From positions 3,060,001 to 3,092,000 of the forward strand of contig NZ_CP064923.1 in assembly GCF_018336915.1 (NCBI RefSeq): DNA of 32,000 bases, written 5' to 3'. The DNA is from Acaryochloris marina S15. GTDB lineage: Bacteria > Cyanobacteriota > Cyanobacteriia > Thermosynechococcales > Thermosynechococcaceae. The notes under the pieces are model-generated. The model was not told where the DNA came from and did not search any database. It saw only the letters and a list, made by a program, of their open reading frames with translations. A program made the translations under genes and the position numbers. Positions within the stretch are counted from its first letter, which is position 1. Each line of letters opens with the position of its first letter. Shown here one piece after another: positions 9,603-17,474 of this stretch.

Positions 9603-9737
9603 TTACCCAACAGAAGGCTTACGTCCAGCTGTGTTCTTGGAGAGAGGTCGCCAGGAGCTTTCTATGAAAAGATGGGCTTTGCCCACACAGTTGAAAAAGA
9701 CGAGGATGGAGAGTTGATTATGCAGCGTGTCTTGTAA
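9603..9737 (+). pseudogene. 3' remnant of a GNAT-family N-acetyltransferase (last ~30-44 codons, no start)
   Basis: The open frame after TGA (9600-9602) reads ...SPGAFYEKMGFAHTVEKDEDGELIMQRVL*. A-x-x-FYEK-x-GF is the typical GNAT C-terminal beta-bulge/helix motif. The N-terminal ~100 aa of a GNAT fold are absent. Confidence 0.4.
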
Positions 9738-9880
9738 GCTGGGGCCTCAGATTTGAGGCTCGTTAAATTCCCCCATCCCAGGAAAAATGGTGGTAGATAG
9801 GCTGGTTTTTGGAAATAGAATATCAGCAGTTGTCATGGTTAAGCAACGCCCTTAGTTTGACGATGCTCACCATAATGCCA

Positions 9881-10837
9881 TCAGTAGAGCTGGGGAACAA
9901 AAAACTGTTCGTTTAACGGGGGGCGTACATAATCACTAGGTGCTTTTTTCCGGGGTGGTAGTTCCATCGGATCGGGCGTCATATCTTCATAGGGAATCTT
10001 ACTCAAAAAGTGGCTAATGCAGTTAAGACGAGCTCGTTTCTTGTCGTCCGCTTCCACTGTAAACCAGGGCGCTTCAGGAATATTCGTGTAGGCGAACATA
10101 TTGTCTTTGGCCTGAGAATATTCAGCCCAGCGATCGCGAGACTCTAGATCCATTGGACTCAACTTCCAGCGGCGAGCTGGATCCGTTGTCCGGGCCTGAA
10201 AGCGCCGCTCTTGCTCTTCATCACTAACGGAAAACCAGTACTTCAGCAAAATGATGCCGGATCGAACCAACATCTGCTCAAACTCAGGGCAGGTTTGCAG
10301 GAATTCCTCATACTGCTCTTCGGTGCAAAACCCCATCACATGTTCGACTCCAGCCCGGTTATACCAACTGCGATCGAAACAAACAATCTCTCCGGCTGCA
10401 GGGAGGTGGGCAACATAGCGCTGAAAATACCATTCTGTCTTTTCGCGATCGCTGGGGGTACCCAAGGCTACTACTCGACAGCCGCGAGGATTGAGGGGTT
10501 CAGTCATGCGTTTAATGGTGCCGCCTTTGCCTGCCGCATCTCGGCCTTCAAACAACATCACGATTCGAGTGCCTGTATGTTTGACCCAGTACTGCATTTT
10601 GACCAGTTCGAGTTGGAGCCGGGCTAGCTCTTTCTCGTATTTCTTTTTGGAGAGTTTGGAGCTGCCTTCTGCTTCTGAAATATGGTGAAACACTCTGCGT
10701 TCTGAAGATTTAAGGCTCGCTTTCGGTTGTTTGCTGGCTTTCTTTTTCTTCTTGGATTTAGGTGGGGTATTCTGTTTGGCCTCAGCCTTTTTGGGTGGGG
10801 TATCAGAGGAAGTATCTTGCTTCTTTTTAGATGTCAT
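9881..10837 (-). CDS. ppk2: polyphosphate kinase 2 (single-domain PPK2) with a Lys-rich N-terminal extension
   Basis: 318 aa. Walker-A-like FEGRDAAGKGGTIKR, then LNPRG...VVALG.P...E...WYFQRY..HLPA.GEI..FDRSWYNRAGVE, which is the PPK2 signature. Confidence 0.9.
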   Translation of the reverse strand: MTSKKKQDTSSDTPPKKAEAKQNTPPKSKKKKKASKQPKASLKSSERRVFHHISEAEGSSKLSKKKYEKELARLQLELVKMQYWVKHTGTRIVMLFEGRDAAGKGGTIKRMTEPLNPRGCRVVALGTPSDREKTEWYFQRYVAHLPAAGEIVCFDRSWYNRAGVEHVMGFCTEEQYEEFLQTCPEFEQMLVRSGIILLKYWFSVSDEEQERRFQARTTDPARRWKLSPMDLESRDRWAEYSQAKDNMFAYTNIPEAPWFTVEADDKKRARLNCISHFLSKIPYEDMTPDPMELPPRKKAPSDYVRPPLNEQFFVPQLY

Positions 10838-10968
10838 GACTCAAATCCTTCTAGATTGGATAACACCCTACATCTATACTAGCCCTAGCTTTTGGGCAGA
10901 GTGGTTTAAATCAAGAAACTCACTTAAAATGCTTCAAGTGAGTTTCAGATGGTTATTCGCTAATGCCG

Positions 10969-13143
10969 TTACTTAATGAATAACATTTCTTGATAGGTGG
11001 GCAAGGGCCAGAAACTATCTGCAATTTCACCTTCTAACGCATCTGCATAGGAGCGCACCTCGTCCATGAGGGGGCGAATTGTTTTGGCGCAATACATCAT
11101 ATGCTCTTCTGTCGAACTAAAGTCATGGGTTTCTGCTGCTGCAGTCAACTTGCTAGTGACAGCCGACATCGAATTGGTGAGTTCAGCAATGGTCTTAGCA
11201 CTGTCCTTATTACAATCGATGTTTAGAGTGGCCAAGCTAGAGATGGTCGAGGACAGCTTGGATAAGTACTCAACTGCCGCTGGGTAAATAATGGTTTTGG
11301 CCATATTAGCGACTAGCTTCGCCTCTACCTCAATGGAGAGAATGTACTGCTCCGCATAGACTTCAAAGCGACTTTCCAACTCAACGGGGGTTAAGACACC
11401 CGTTTTCTGGAAGAGGTCTTCGATGAATTCTGCTTTGAGATAGGGTAAGGCATCAGCAGTGGTGGGTAAGTTGGCTAACCCCCGTTCTTCGACAGCCATT
11501 TTGTGCCATTCGTCGGAATAGCCATTGCCGCCAAATACGACTGCACCATGGGCTTCCATGACTTCTTTGAGTACCGTCAAGATGGCTGTACTCAGTTCGA
11601 GTCCCTTCGACAACTCACTTTCTAGACGATTGCCGATCCATGCTAGGGAGTCAGCCAACATGGTATTGAGGACAATCAAGGGACCGGAGACGGATTGGCT
11701 AGATCCGACGGCTCGAAATTCAAATCGATTTCCCGTAAAGGCGAAAGGAGAGGTCCGGTTGCGATCACCTGGATCTTTCGTCAAAGGAGGCAGGACATCG
11801 ATGCCTAAATCCATTACCCCTTTGTGCTTAGAATCGGTTCCTGAGCCATTTTTGATTTGCTCAAAGACTTCTTCTAGCTGAGTGCCTAGGTAAACAGACA
11901 TAATTGCTGGGGGAGCTTCATTTGCACCCAGGCGGTGGTCGTTGCTAGCGGTTGCGATCGCAGCCCGCATCAAAGGACCATATTTATGAACGCCTCGAAT
12001 CACCGCGCCACAGAAGATCAGGAATTGGGCATTCTCCTTGGGAGAGTCGCCTGGATCTAGCAGGTTGCCTTGGGTGGCGTTGCCCACAGACCAGTTCACA
12101 TGTTTGCCCGACCCGTTAATCCCTGCAAAGGGCTTTTCGTGGAGCAAGCAAATAAACCCATGCTTCTTAGCCGTATGCTTGAGGACCGTCATAATCAACT
12201 GCTGATGATCGCTGGCCACATTGGCAGCTTCAAAGAAGGGAGCAATTTCAAATTGTCCGGGAGCCACTTCGTTATGACGGGTTTTGGCGGGAATGCCGAG
12301 TTTATAGAGGGTTTCCTCCACATCCTGCATATAAACCTGAACTCGTTCTGGAATGGCACCAAAATAATGATCATCAAATTCCTGGCCTTTAGCCGGAGCT
12401 TTGCCGAATAAGGTGCGTCCCGCTAGCATCAAATCAGGTCTCTGGCTAGCAAAGTTGGAATCGATCAGGAAATATTCTTGCTCGGCACCACAGCTAGAGT
12501 TGACCTGAGCCACATCCGCATGGCCCAAAAGCTTCAGTACTTTGTTGGCCGCTTTGTCCATGGCAGCAATGGATCGCAACAGAGGAACTTTCTTGTCTAA
12601 GGCTTCTCCAGTCCAGGAGACAAATACGGTGGGAATACAAAGGGTAGCGCCATAGTCCGTTTCCATAATGTAGGCGGGACTGGTGACATCCCAGCCCGTA
12701 TAGCCCCGAGCTTCAAAGGTGTCGCGAATGCCACCATTAGGGAAGGAAGACCCGTCGGGTTCTCCCTGGACGAGCACTTTGCCAGAGAATTCTGTAATAA
12801 CGGTGCCATCCCCTTGGACGGAGATAAAGCCATCATGCTTTTCTGCTGTCTGGTTAGTCATGGGATAGAAGACGTGGGCATAGTACAACGCCCCTTTGGC
12901 GAGGGCCCAGTCTCTCATGGCCGTTGCCACTGCATCTGCCACAGACGGGTCAAGCTTTTCACCCGTGGTAATGGTCTTTTTAATCGATTTGAAGACGGCT
13001 TTCGGTAGGCTCGCCTGCATTTTACTTAGATTGAAGACGTTCTCAGCCCAAATTTTCTCTAGGGATTCAGGAGGCTTGGGTGGCATCAATTCCCGATTGG
13101 TAATTTGGTGAACAGCTAGGACTCGGGCTTCATTTCCACTCAT
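10969..13143 (-). CDS. glnN: glutamine synthetase type III
   Basis: 724 aa, the GSIII length. Full-length colinearity with cyanobacterial GlnN (…[16 protein letters not shown]…, …[18 protein letters not shown]…). Confidence 0.95.
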   Translation of the reverse strand: MSGNEARVLAVHQITNRELMPPKPPESLEKIWAENVFNLSKMQASLPKAVFKSIKKTITTGEKLDPSVADAVATAMRDWALAKGALYYAHVFYPMTNQTAEKHDGFISVQGDGTVITEFSGKVLVQGEPDGSSFPNGGIRDTFEARGYTGWDVTSPAYIMETDYGATLCIPTVFVSWTGEALDKKVPLLRSIAAMDKAANKVLKLLGHADVAQVNSSCGAEQEYFLIDSNFASQRPDLMLAGRTLFGKAPAKGQEFDDHYFGAIPERVQVYMQDVEETLYKLGIPAKTRHNEVAPGQFEIAPFFEAANVASDHQQLIMTVLKHTAKKHGFICLLHEKPFAGINGSGKHVNWSVGNATQGNLLDPGDSPKENAQFLIFCGAVIRGVHKYGPLMRAAIATASNDHRLGANEAPPAIMSVYLGTQLEEVFEQIKNGSGTDSKHKGVMDLGIDVLPPLTKDPGDRNRTSPFAFTGNRFEFRAVGSSQSVSGPLIVLNTMLADSLAWIGNRLESELSKGLELSTAILTVLKEVMEAHGAVVFGGNGYSDEWHKMAVEERGLANLPTTADALPYLKAEFIEDLFQKTGVLTPVELESRFEVYAEQYILSIEVEAKLVANMAKTIIYPAAVEYLSKLSSTISSLATLNIDCNKDSAKTIAELTNSMSAVTSKLTAAAETHDFSSTEEHMMYCAKTIRPLMDEVRSYADALEGEIADSFWPLPTYQEMLFIK

Positions 13144-13620
13144 AGTGATTCCTCAGGACTCGAACCTCCTGATGGTACGCAAATTTATTCCTCAAAATAG
13201 ATAGAATCGATACCAAATTGACAATCGACTCTTTCTCTCACCTTCTATAGGGTAGATGAGACCAGTGGGTAAAACCTTTGGAACTCCTTCGGAGAAGGAA
13301 TAATGGCGCTACTTAAATCAAAAAAAAGACCCTGGTATCAATAGAAAAATAGCATTAATAAAAGTTAACCTATCGTTCTCAACACGCTGAGTTGGTAAAT
13401 TCAGTAACGCCACTGAAGTTGGAGTAATCCAAGCCTAGACCTGAATTGATTTCATTACTGACATGTAATCTAAACCACTGCTGTGTTCCAAACTACAGAA
13501 CATCTGGTTTTATACCGTTTTCTCTAAATAAATTTAGTTCTCCCTAGAGCAAGTGACTTGCTAGACTAGAACTTATTAAGAATGACTCTCAACTAAATAT
13601 TCACTCTTAAACTGAACTTT

Positions 13621-14550
13621 ATGGATATTTCTGCTGCATTACCCACCTTTGTGATCACCCTCCGAGAAGGCGTCGAAGCAGCTCTCGTGGTGGGGATTGT
13701 CCTGGCTTGCTTGCAAAAATCGGGAAAAAGCTATCTCAATACCTGGGTTTACCTGGGAATTTTGGCGGGTTTAGTGGGGAGTGTACTCACAGGCTTTCTC
13801 TTAAACTGGACGCTGACCTGGGTGACGGTGAGTAACGCCACTTTTGAACCGATCATTGAGCCATTGCTGAAAAGTGGCTTGTGCCTAACGGCCATTGTGA
13901 TGTTGAGCTGGATGTTGATCTGGATGACTCAACAAGCGCGTTCCCTTAAGTCAGAAATAGAGGGGTCGTTGATTTCAGCTTTGCAAAAGAATGGCAAATC
14001 GGCGGGATGGGGCGTATTTATGTTGGTTTTGATTGCTGTTCTGCGAGAAGGATTTGAAACGGTCCTGTTTATCTTTACGAATTTGCAGCAAGGAACAGCA
14101 GGTAGCGTGGGTGCGATCGCAGGCTTGATCGGAGCCACTGGCATCGGATTTGGTCTATTCAAATTCGGGGTCAGAATTAATATCCGCCGCTTTTTTCAGA
14201 TCATGGGTATCTTCTTGCTACTGATTGTCTCGGGATTGGTCGTCTCCGTTTGCAAGAACCTGGACGCCGCCGCCTATGCTTGGGAGCAAATGGCCATCTC
14301 CCCCACGAATCTTTGTTTTGCCCAAGACTCTTGTCTGCTTGGCCCCCAACTGTGGGATACCAGCAAAGTCCTATCCGATCAACAATTTCCTGGATTGCTG
14401 TTTAAGGCCCTATTGGGCTACCGCGATCATATCTACTTGGGGCAAGCCGTTGCTTATGGTACCTTCCTATTCTCAGTAGGAACCCTGTATCTCAGAAGTC
14501 TGCAGCCTCAAGCTGTAACCCCAATCCCTTCTAAGACCACCGCATTATGA
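13621..14550 (+). CDS. FTR1-family high-affinity iron permease
   Basis: 309 aa, polytopic. Two REXXE iron-binding motifs (REGVEAALV near the N-terminus, REGFETVLF mid-protein), as in FTR1/EfeU. Confidence 0.88.
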   Translation: MDISAALPTFVITLREGVEAALVVGIVLACLQKSGKSYLNTWVYLGILAGLVGSVLTGFLLNWTLTWVTVSNATFEPIIEPLLKSGLCLTAIVMLSWMLIWMTQQARSLKSEIEGSLISALQKNGKSAGWGVFMLVLIAVLREGFETVLFIFTNLQQGTAGSVGAIAGLIGATGIGFGLFKFGVRINIRRFFQIMGIFLLLIVSGLVVSVCKNLDAAAYAWEQMAISPTNLCFAQDSCLLGPQLWDTSKVLSDQQFPGLLFKALLGYRDHIYLGQAVAYGTFLFSVGTLYLRSLQPQAVTPIPSKTTAL

Positions 14551-15516
14551 AGACTGACGAACGCTGGCAAAAGGGCTGTTGTAGCATTTAGAGGCTATTT
14601 CAAAAGGCAAAGTTTGGCCGAAGCCAGAATCACTGATGCTATGCACCTCGACATGCAAGTGAGGGGCCGAACTCCAGCCAGAATTGCCGCTAAAGCCAAT
14701 CAGGTCTCCAGTCCTAACCCAATCATTCAACTTGATTGGGATTTTTCTTTTAAAGTTCTGCTGTAAATGAATGTAGGCAGAACGGACACCATTACTATGC
14801 TCTAGCCAGATAAAGTTAAACTTCTCCGCATTTCTACGTCTTCCCCCTTTGTCGGGATATTTATCTCGCACACCAATCACTCGCCCACCCTGCATGGCAT
14901 AAACAGGCATACCAATGGGAACGCCAAAATCATAGGCATATTTCATCCGGCCTTGATGGGTGCTGCCTCGGGTCCCCTGGCTGAGAAACCCTTTGCCCTG
15001 AAGAGGATGACAATACCCTTTCATAGCTGTACTGGGCAGATCAGTTAGGGGATGTGTTCCTTGACGATTATCAAACCACTGCTTTATCCCCAATCGCCTG
15101 GGAATAAATCTGGGCATGGAGGGAGGATCAGGAAAAGCACCACCGATGGCAGGAGCAGGTCGAGATGCCAATGATGAGCAGCCCGTTCCAAATCCACACA
15201 CCAATGACAAGCTGACCAGAGTGGCCGTTTGCTTAATGCCCTTGGGGAGACGATTTAGAATCTGTTGTGTTCGGTGGTGTTCTAAAGGGAAATCCCACCA
15301 ATTCTGCTTATTGCTAAATAATTTATAGAAATATTGATAATAATCAGCTTTAAATCCATTTTTCCCTTTTTTTAGGCGAGAAAAATGATTTTCTGGAAAA
15401 ATATCTTCTAAATAATTCTGATTTCTAAGCTTATTTAAGTGAGGAATAATGGGATTGAATATAGAGGTTAAAGAGGAAAATTCTCTTACCCAGCAAGGAA
15501 TCTTCTCATCAGACAT
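14545..15516 (-). CDS. M23-family (LytM/lysostaphin-type) metallopeptidase with a ~100-aa N-terminal region of unknown function and one hydrophobic segment
   Basis: C-terminal M23 motifs: YAYDFGVPIGMPVYA, SNGVRSAYIHL, GFSGNSGWSSAPHLHVEVH. The ATG at 15516 (MSDEK...) is taken, though a GTG at 15531 is also possible. The 5' third of the gene is markedly AT-rich. Confidence 0.82.
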   Translation of the reverse strand: MSDEKIPCWVREFSSLTSIFNPIIPHLNKLRNQNYLEDIFPENHFSRLKKGKNGFKADYYQYFYKLFSNKQNWWDFPLEHHRTQQILNRLPKGIKQTATLVSLSLVCGFGTGCSSLASRPAPAIGGAFPDPPSMPRFIPRRLGIKQWFDNRQGTHPLTDLPSTAMKGYCHPLQGKGFLSQGTRGSTHQGRMKYAYDFGVPIGMPVYAMQGGRVIGVRDKYPDKGGRRRNAEKFNFIWLEHSNGVRSAYIHLQQNFKRKIPIKLNDWVRTGDLIGFSGNSGWSSAPHLHVEVHSISDSGFGQTLPFEIASKCYNSPFASVRQSS

Positions 15517-16072
15517 AATACTTGAACACACTGGTTAGGCTGCCCAACTCTAAAATTGATCAAGATAATAATGTAGTAGCATTGAATACATTTATGCAAA
15601 TAAAATTTATTCTTCAAGTATTGATTGATTGTTTTTATATTAGAAAATGTTAATCATTTTTTATTGTTTCTAGACTTGCCTGAGGCAGCCAATTGAAGCT
15701 TTATAGGAATAAAATAACGCTCTGTTTTTTTGTTGATTCCTCAGTTGATAAGCGATTGCCATTTATCTTATCCCTGTCCCATTCTTAAGAACTTGGAGAT
15801 AGGGGGAGAAGTACAACCAGCTTCAAAATTCTCTCCCTTGGAATAATATATTTAGAGAGGTAGAGAGCTAAATTACTTACAGAGAAAGCTTTGTAGCCAA
15901 ATTATCTTTGCTTTTATTGCCCTGTTTGCGGGAGAAGGAAAGGCTTTGCCTTGGAAGACGAAAGCATTTTAAAAATCATTAATGCTATTAAAATCTGAGA
16001 AATATAAATTACTTCATTAGCCATTCTGAATGCAAAGAATGTTGTCTCTAAATACTATGGGCAAGGGAAAAT

Positions 16073-16252
16073 ATGCCTGGCATCATTGAAGGTTAGGTGG
16101 TAGCCGAAAAAGAGTCTGAATTGAAGGTTGATGCCGGAAGTCGCGATACTCTTTATACTGGGCTTGCTTTTTGCGATGGGGAAGAGAGAGTTGCTGAGAA
16201 ACGATGGTCGAAGCGAGTGCTGGTGGATGTGGCGATGCTCAGAAATCAGATA
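16073..16252 (+). pseudogene. Degenerate paralog of the 20224-20595 Trypco2-like gene, with an in-frame TAG and a 3' truncation
   Basis: ATG 16073 gives MPGIIEG, then TAG (16094-16096), then VVAEKESELKVDAGSRDTLYTGLAFCDGEERVAEKRWSKRVLVDVAMLRNQI. It aligns to MSDTIELW-VVAEAEDEVPAETGSRDGGYTGPSFGD...RKRVPVDVALLRKQM of the intact copy. The TAG sits where the intact copy has TGG (Trp). Similarity stops at about 16250, so the whole C-terminal half is missing. Confidence 0.6.
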
Positions 16253-16336
16253 AGGATAACGAACTTAAATAACACCGGAAAATATAGTTGAACACGGCTC
16301 TACCTCCTATCCTCCACAGCCTTAACACCACTGATG

Positions 16337-16491
16337 GCCCCCTAAATCCCCCACTGGTGGGGGACTTGTCTGCTCGACCCACACAGGATCTGTGACAGAG
16401 TTGAACCTCAACAACTCTAGAGATCTCACTGTCTAGATTCATTAGCCTATAGCTAGGCTCAAAGTCCCCCAGGATGGGGGATTTAGGGGGC
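16337..16491. repeat. MITE-like element: ~31-nt terminal inverted repeats, each holding a C5/G5 hairpin, around a ~94-bp core
   Basis: 16337-16367 is GCCCCCTAAATCCCCCACTGGTGGGGGACTT. The reverse complement of 16462-16491 is GCCCCCTAAATCCCCCATCCTGGGGGACTT. The two are identical apart from the hairpin loop. No target duplication is visible. Confidence 0.55.
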
Positions 16492-16647
16492 GATTGCAAA
16501 AGCTGATGTTGTCAAAAGAGACGGCAGAAATCTCGGTATTAATCAATTTTCATTCCTAACGGTGTTTTCCTCACCAAAAGATGAATACTTATCTTCTCCT
16601 TGAGTTAAACAGTCAAGAAATGGGGTTTGGATGAGTTTGGCTAGTTA

Positions 16648-16668
16648 AAGGCCCGGTTTGGGGCCTTC
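16648..16668 (+). terminator. Short GC-rich hairpin, either a terminator-like or a 5'-UTR structure, upstream of the caspase gene
   Basis: AAGGCCC (16648-16654) / GGGCCTT (16662-16668) with a 7-nt loop, followed by CTATAATTTTG, which also contains a TATAAT hexamer at 16670-16675. The role is ambiguous. Confidence 0.3.
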
Positions 16669-16787
16669 TATAATTTTGAATGATTCTTCTATAGATGTTG
16701 TCAGACAAGCTGCTTGATGTTGCTTGGGCAAGAAATCAGTTAGAAATATATGCGACATTAGAGAACAGTTGGAAGTTCTGCTAGGTA

Positions 16788-17474
16788 ATGGGTAAAAACT
16801 GGGCAATTGCCATTGGTATTAACGATTATCAAAATATGCGTCCGCTGAAATTTGCCCGTAAGGATGCAGAGGCGGTGTGTCAATTTTTTCAGGAGACCTT
16901 GCACTTCGATAAGGTGGATCTATTTGCTGATGGAGCAGAGCCCGTCCGCTATGCAGATAGCCCACCTCTTGCAGCAAAACCGACGGTTGGCAATTTAGAT
17001 AATTTTTTTCATGTTCGCTTTGAACGTCCATTCCTAGAACCGGGAGATAATCTGTGGTTTTTCTTTGCTGGACATGGCAAACGCCACAAGGGACGAGATT
17101 ATTTGATGCCGATTGATGGCAATCCCCGCCGTGTTGAACAGATGGGTATTGCCATTGATTATGTTGCTGAGCGACTGCGGCGCAGTGGGGCGGATAATGT
17201 CATTTTGATGATTGATGCCTGCCGCGGAGAGGATGATCGCGATGGCGGTGAAGGGGTGGGTCGTCAACAGCAGAAAGGGATTATTACGCTGTTTGCCTGT
17301 AGCCCTAATGAGCTGTCCTATGAAATTGAGGAGATAGAGCAAGGGGCGTTTACCCATACTTTGCTAGCCGGACTTCAGATCCAGGGAGCGGGAAATTGCG
17401 CGACGGTGGAACGCTTGAGCCAATATCTAAGGGCGAAGGTGCCCGAGGTTAATCATCGGTACAACACAGGGTAA
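16788..17474 (+). pseudogene. 5' fragment of an IS-disrupted orthocaspase (peptidase C14)-FGE-sulfatase gene; the caspase catalytic domain is complete
   Basis: KNWAIAIGINDYQ..., catalytic His in FFFAGHGKR (17073-17075), catalytic Cys in MIDACRGE (17220-17222). The frame runs into the IS and ends ...VNHRYN-TG*, the last 3 codons using IS sequence. Confidence 0.85.

Noticed and set aside
10211-10627. 138-aa plus-strand ORF
   Set aside because: It is antisense to ppk2, whose frame has unmistakable family motifs.
13153-13176. GGACTCGAACC, the reverse complement of a tRNA T-arm-like GGTTCGAGTCC, suggesting a tRNA on the minus strand
   Set aside because: The loop would be 8 nt rather than 7. No acceptor, D or anticodon arm can be built from the flanking sequence. 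It sits inside the glnN leader 10-30 nt from the ATG. It is treated as a leader hairpin instead.
13175-13188. GTA-N8-TAT, a near-consensus NtcA box
   Set aside because: It lies only about 32 nt upstream of the glnN ATG. An activator site centred at -41.5 would force a leaderless or negative-length UTR.
16239-16499. 86-aa minus-strand ORF (MQSPPKSPILGDFE...)
   Set aside because: It is an artefact of translating the C5/G5 inverted-repeat element. PPKSPILGDF-type peptides are what such repeats encode in any genome.
17034-17357. 107-aa minus-strand ORF, along with 17800-18153 (-), 17828-18160 (+) and 19693-20097 (+)
   Set aside because: These are alternative-frame or antisense ORFs inside the caspase, transposase and FGE coding regions. 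None has its own motif.
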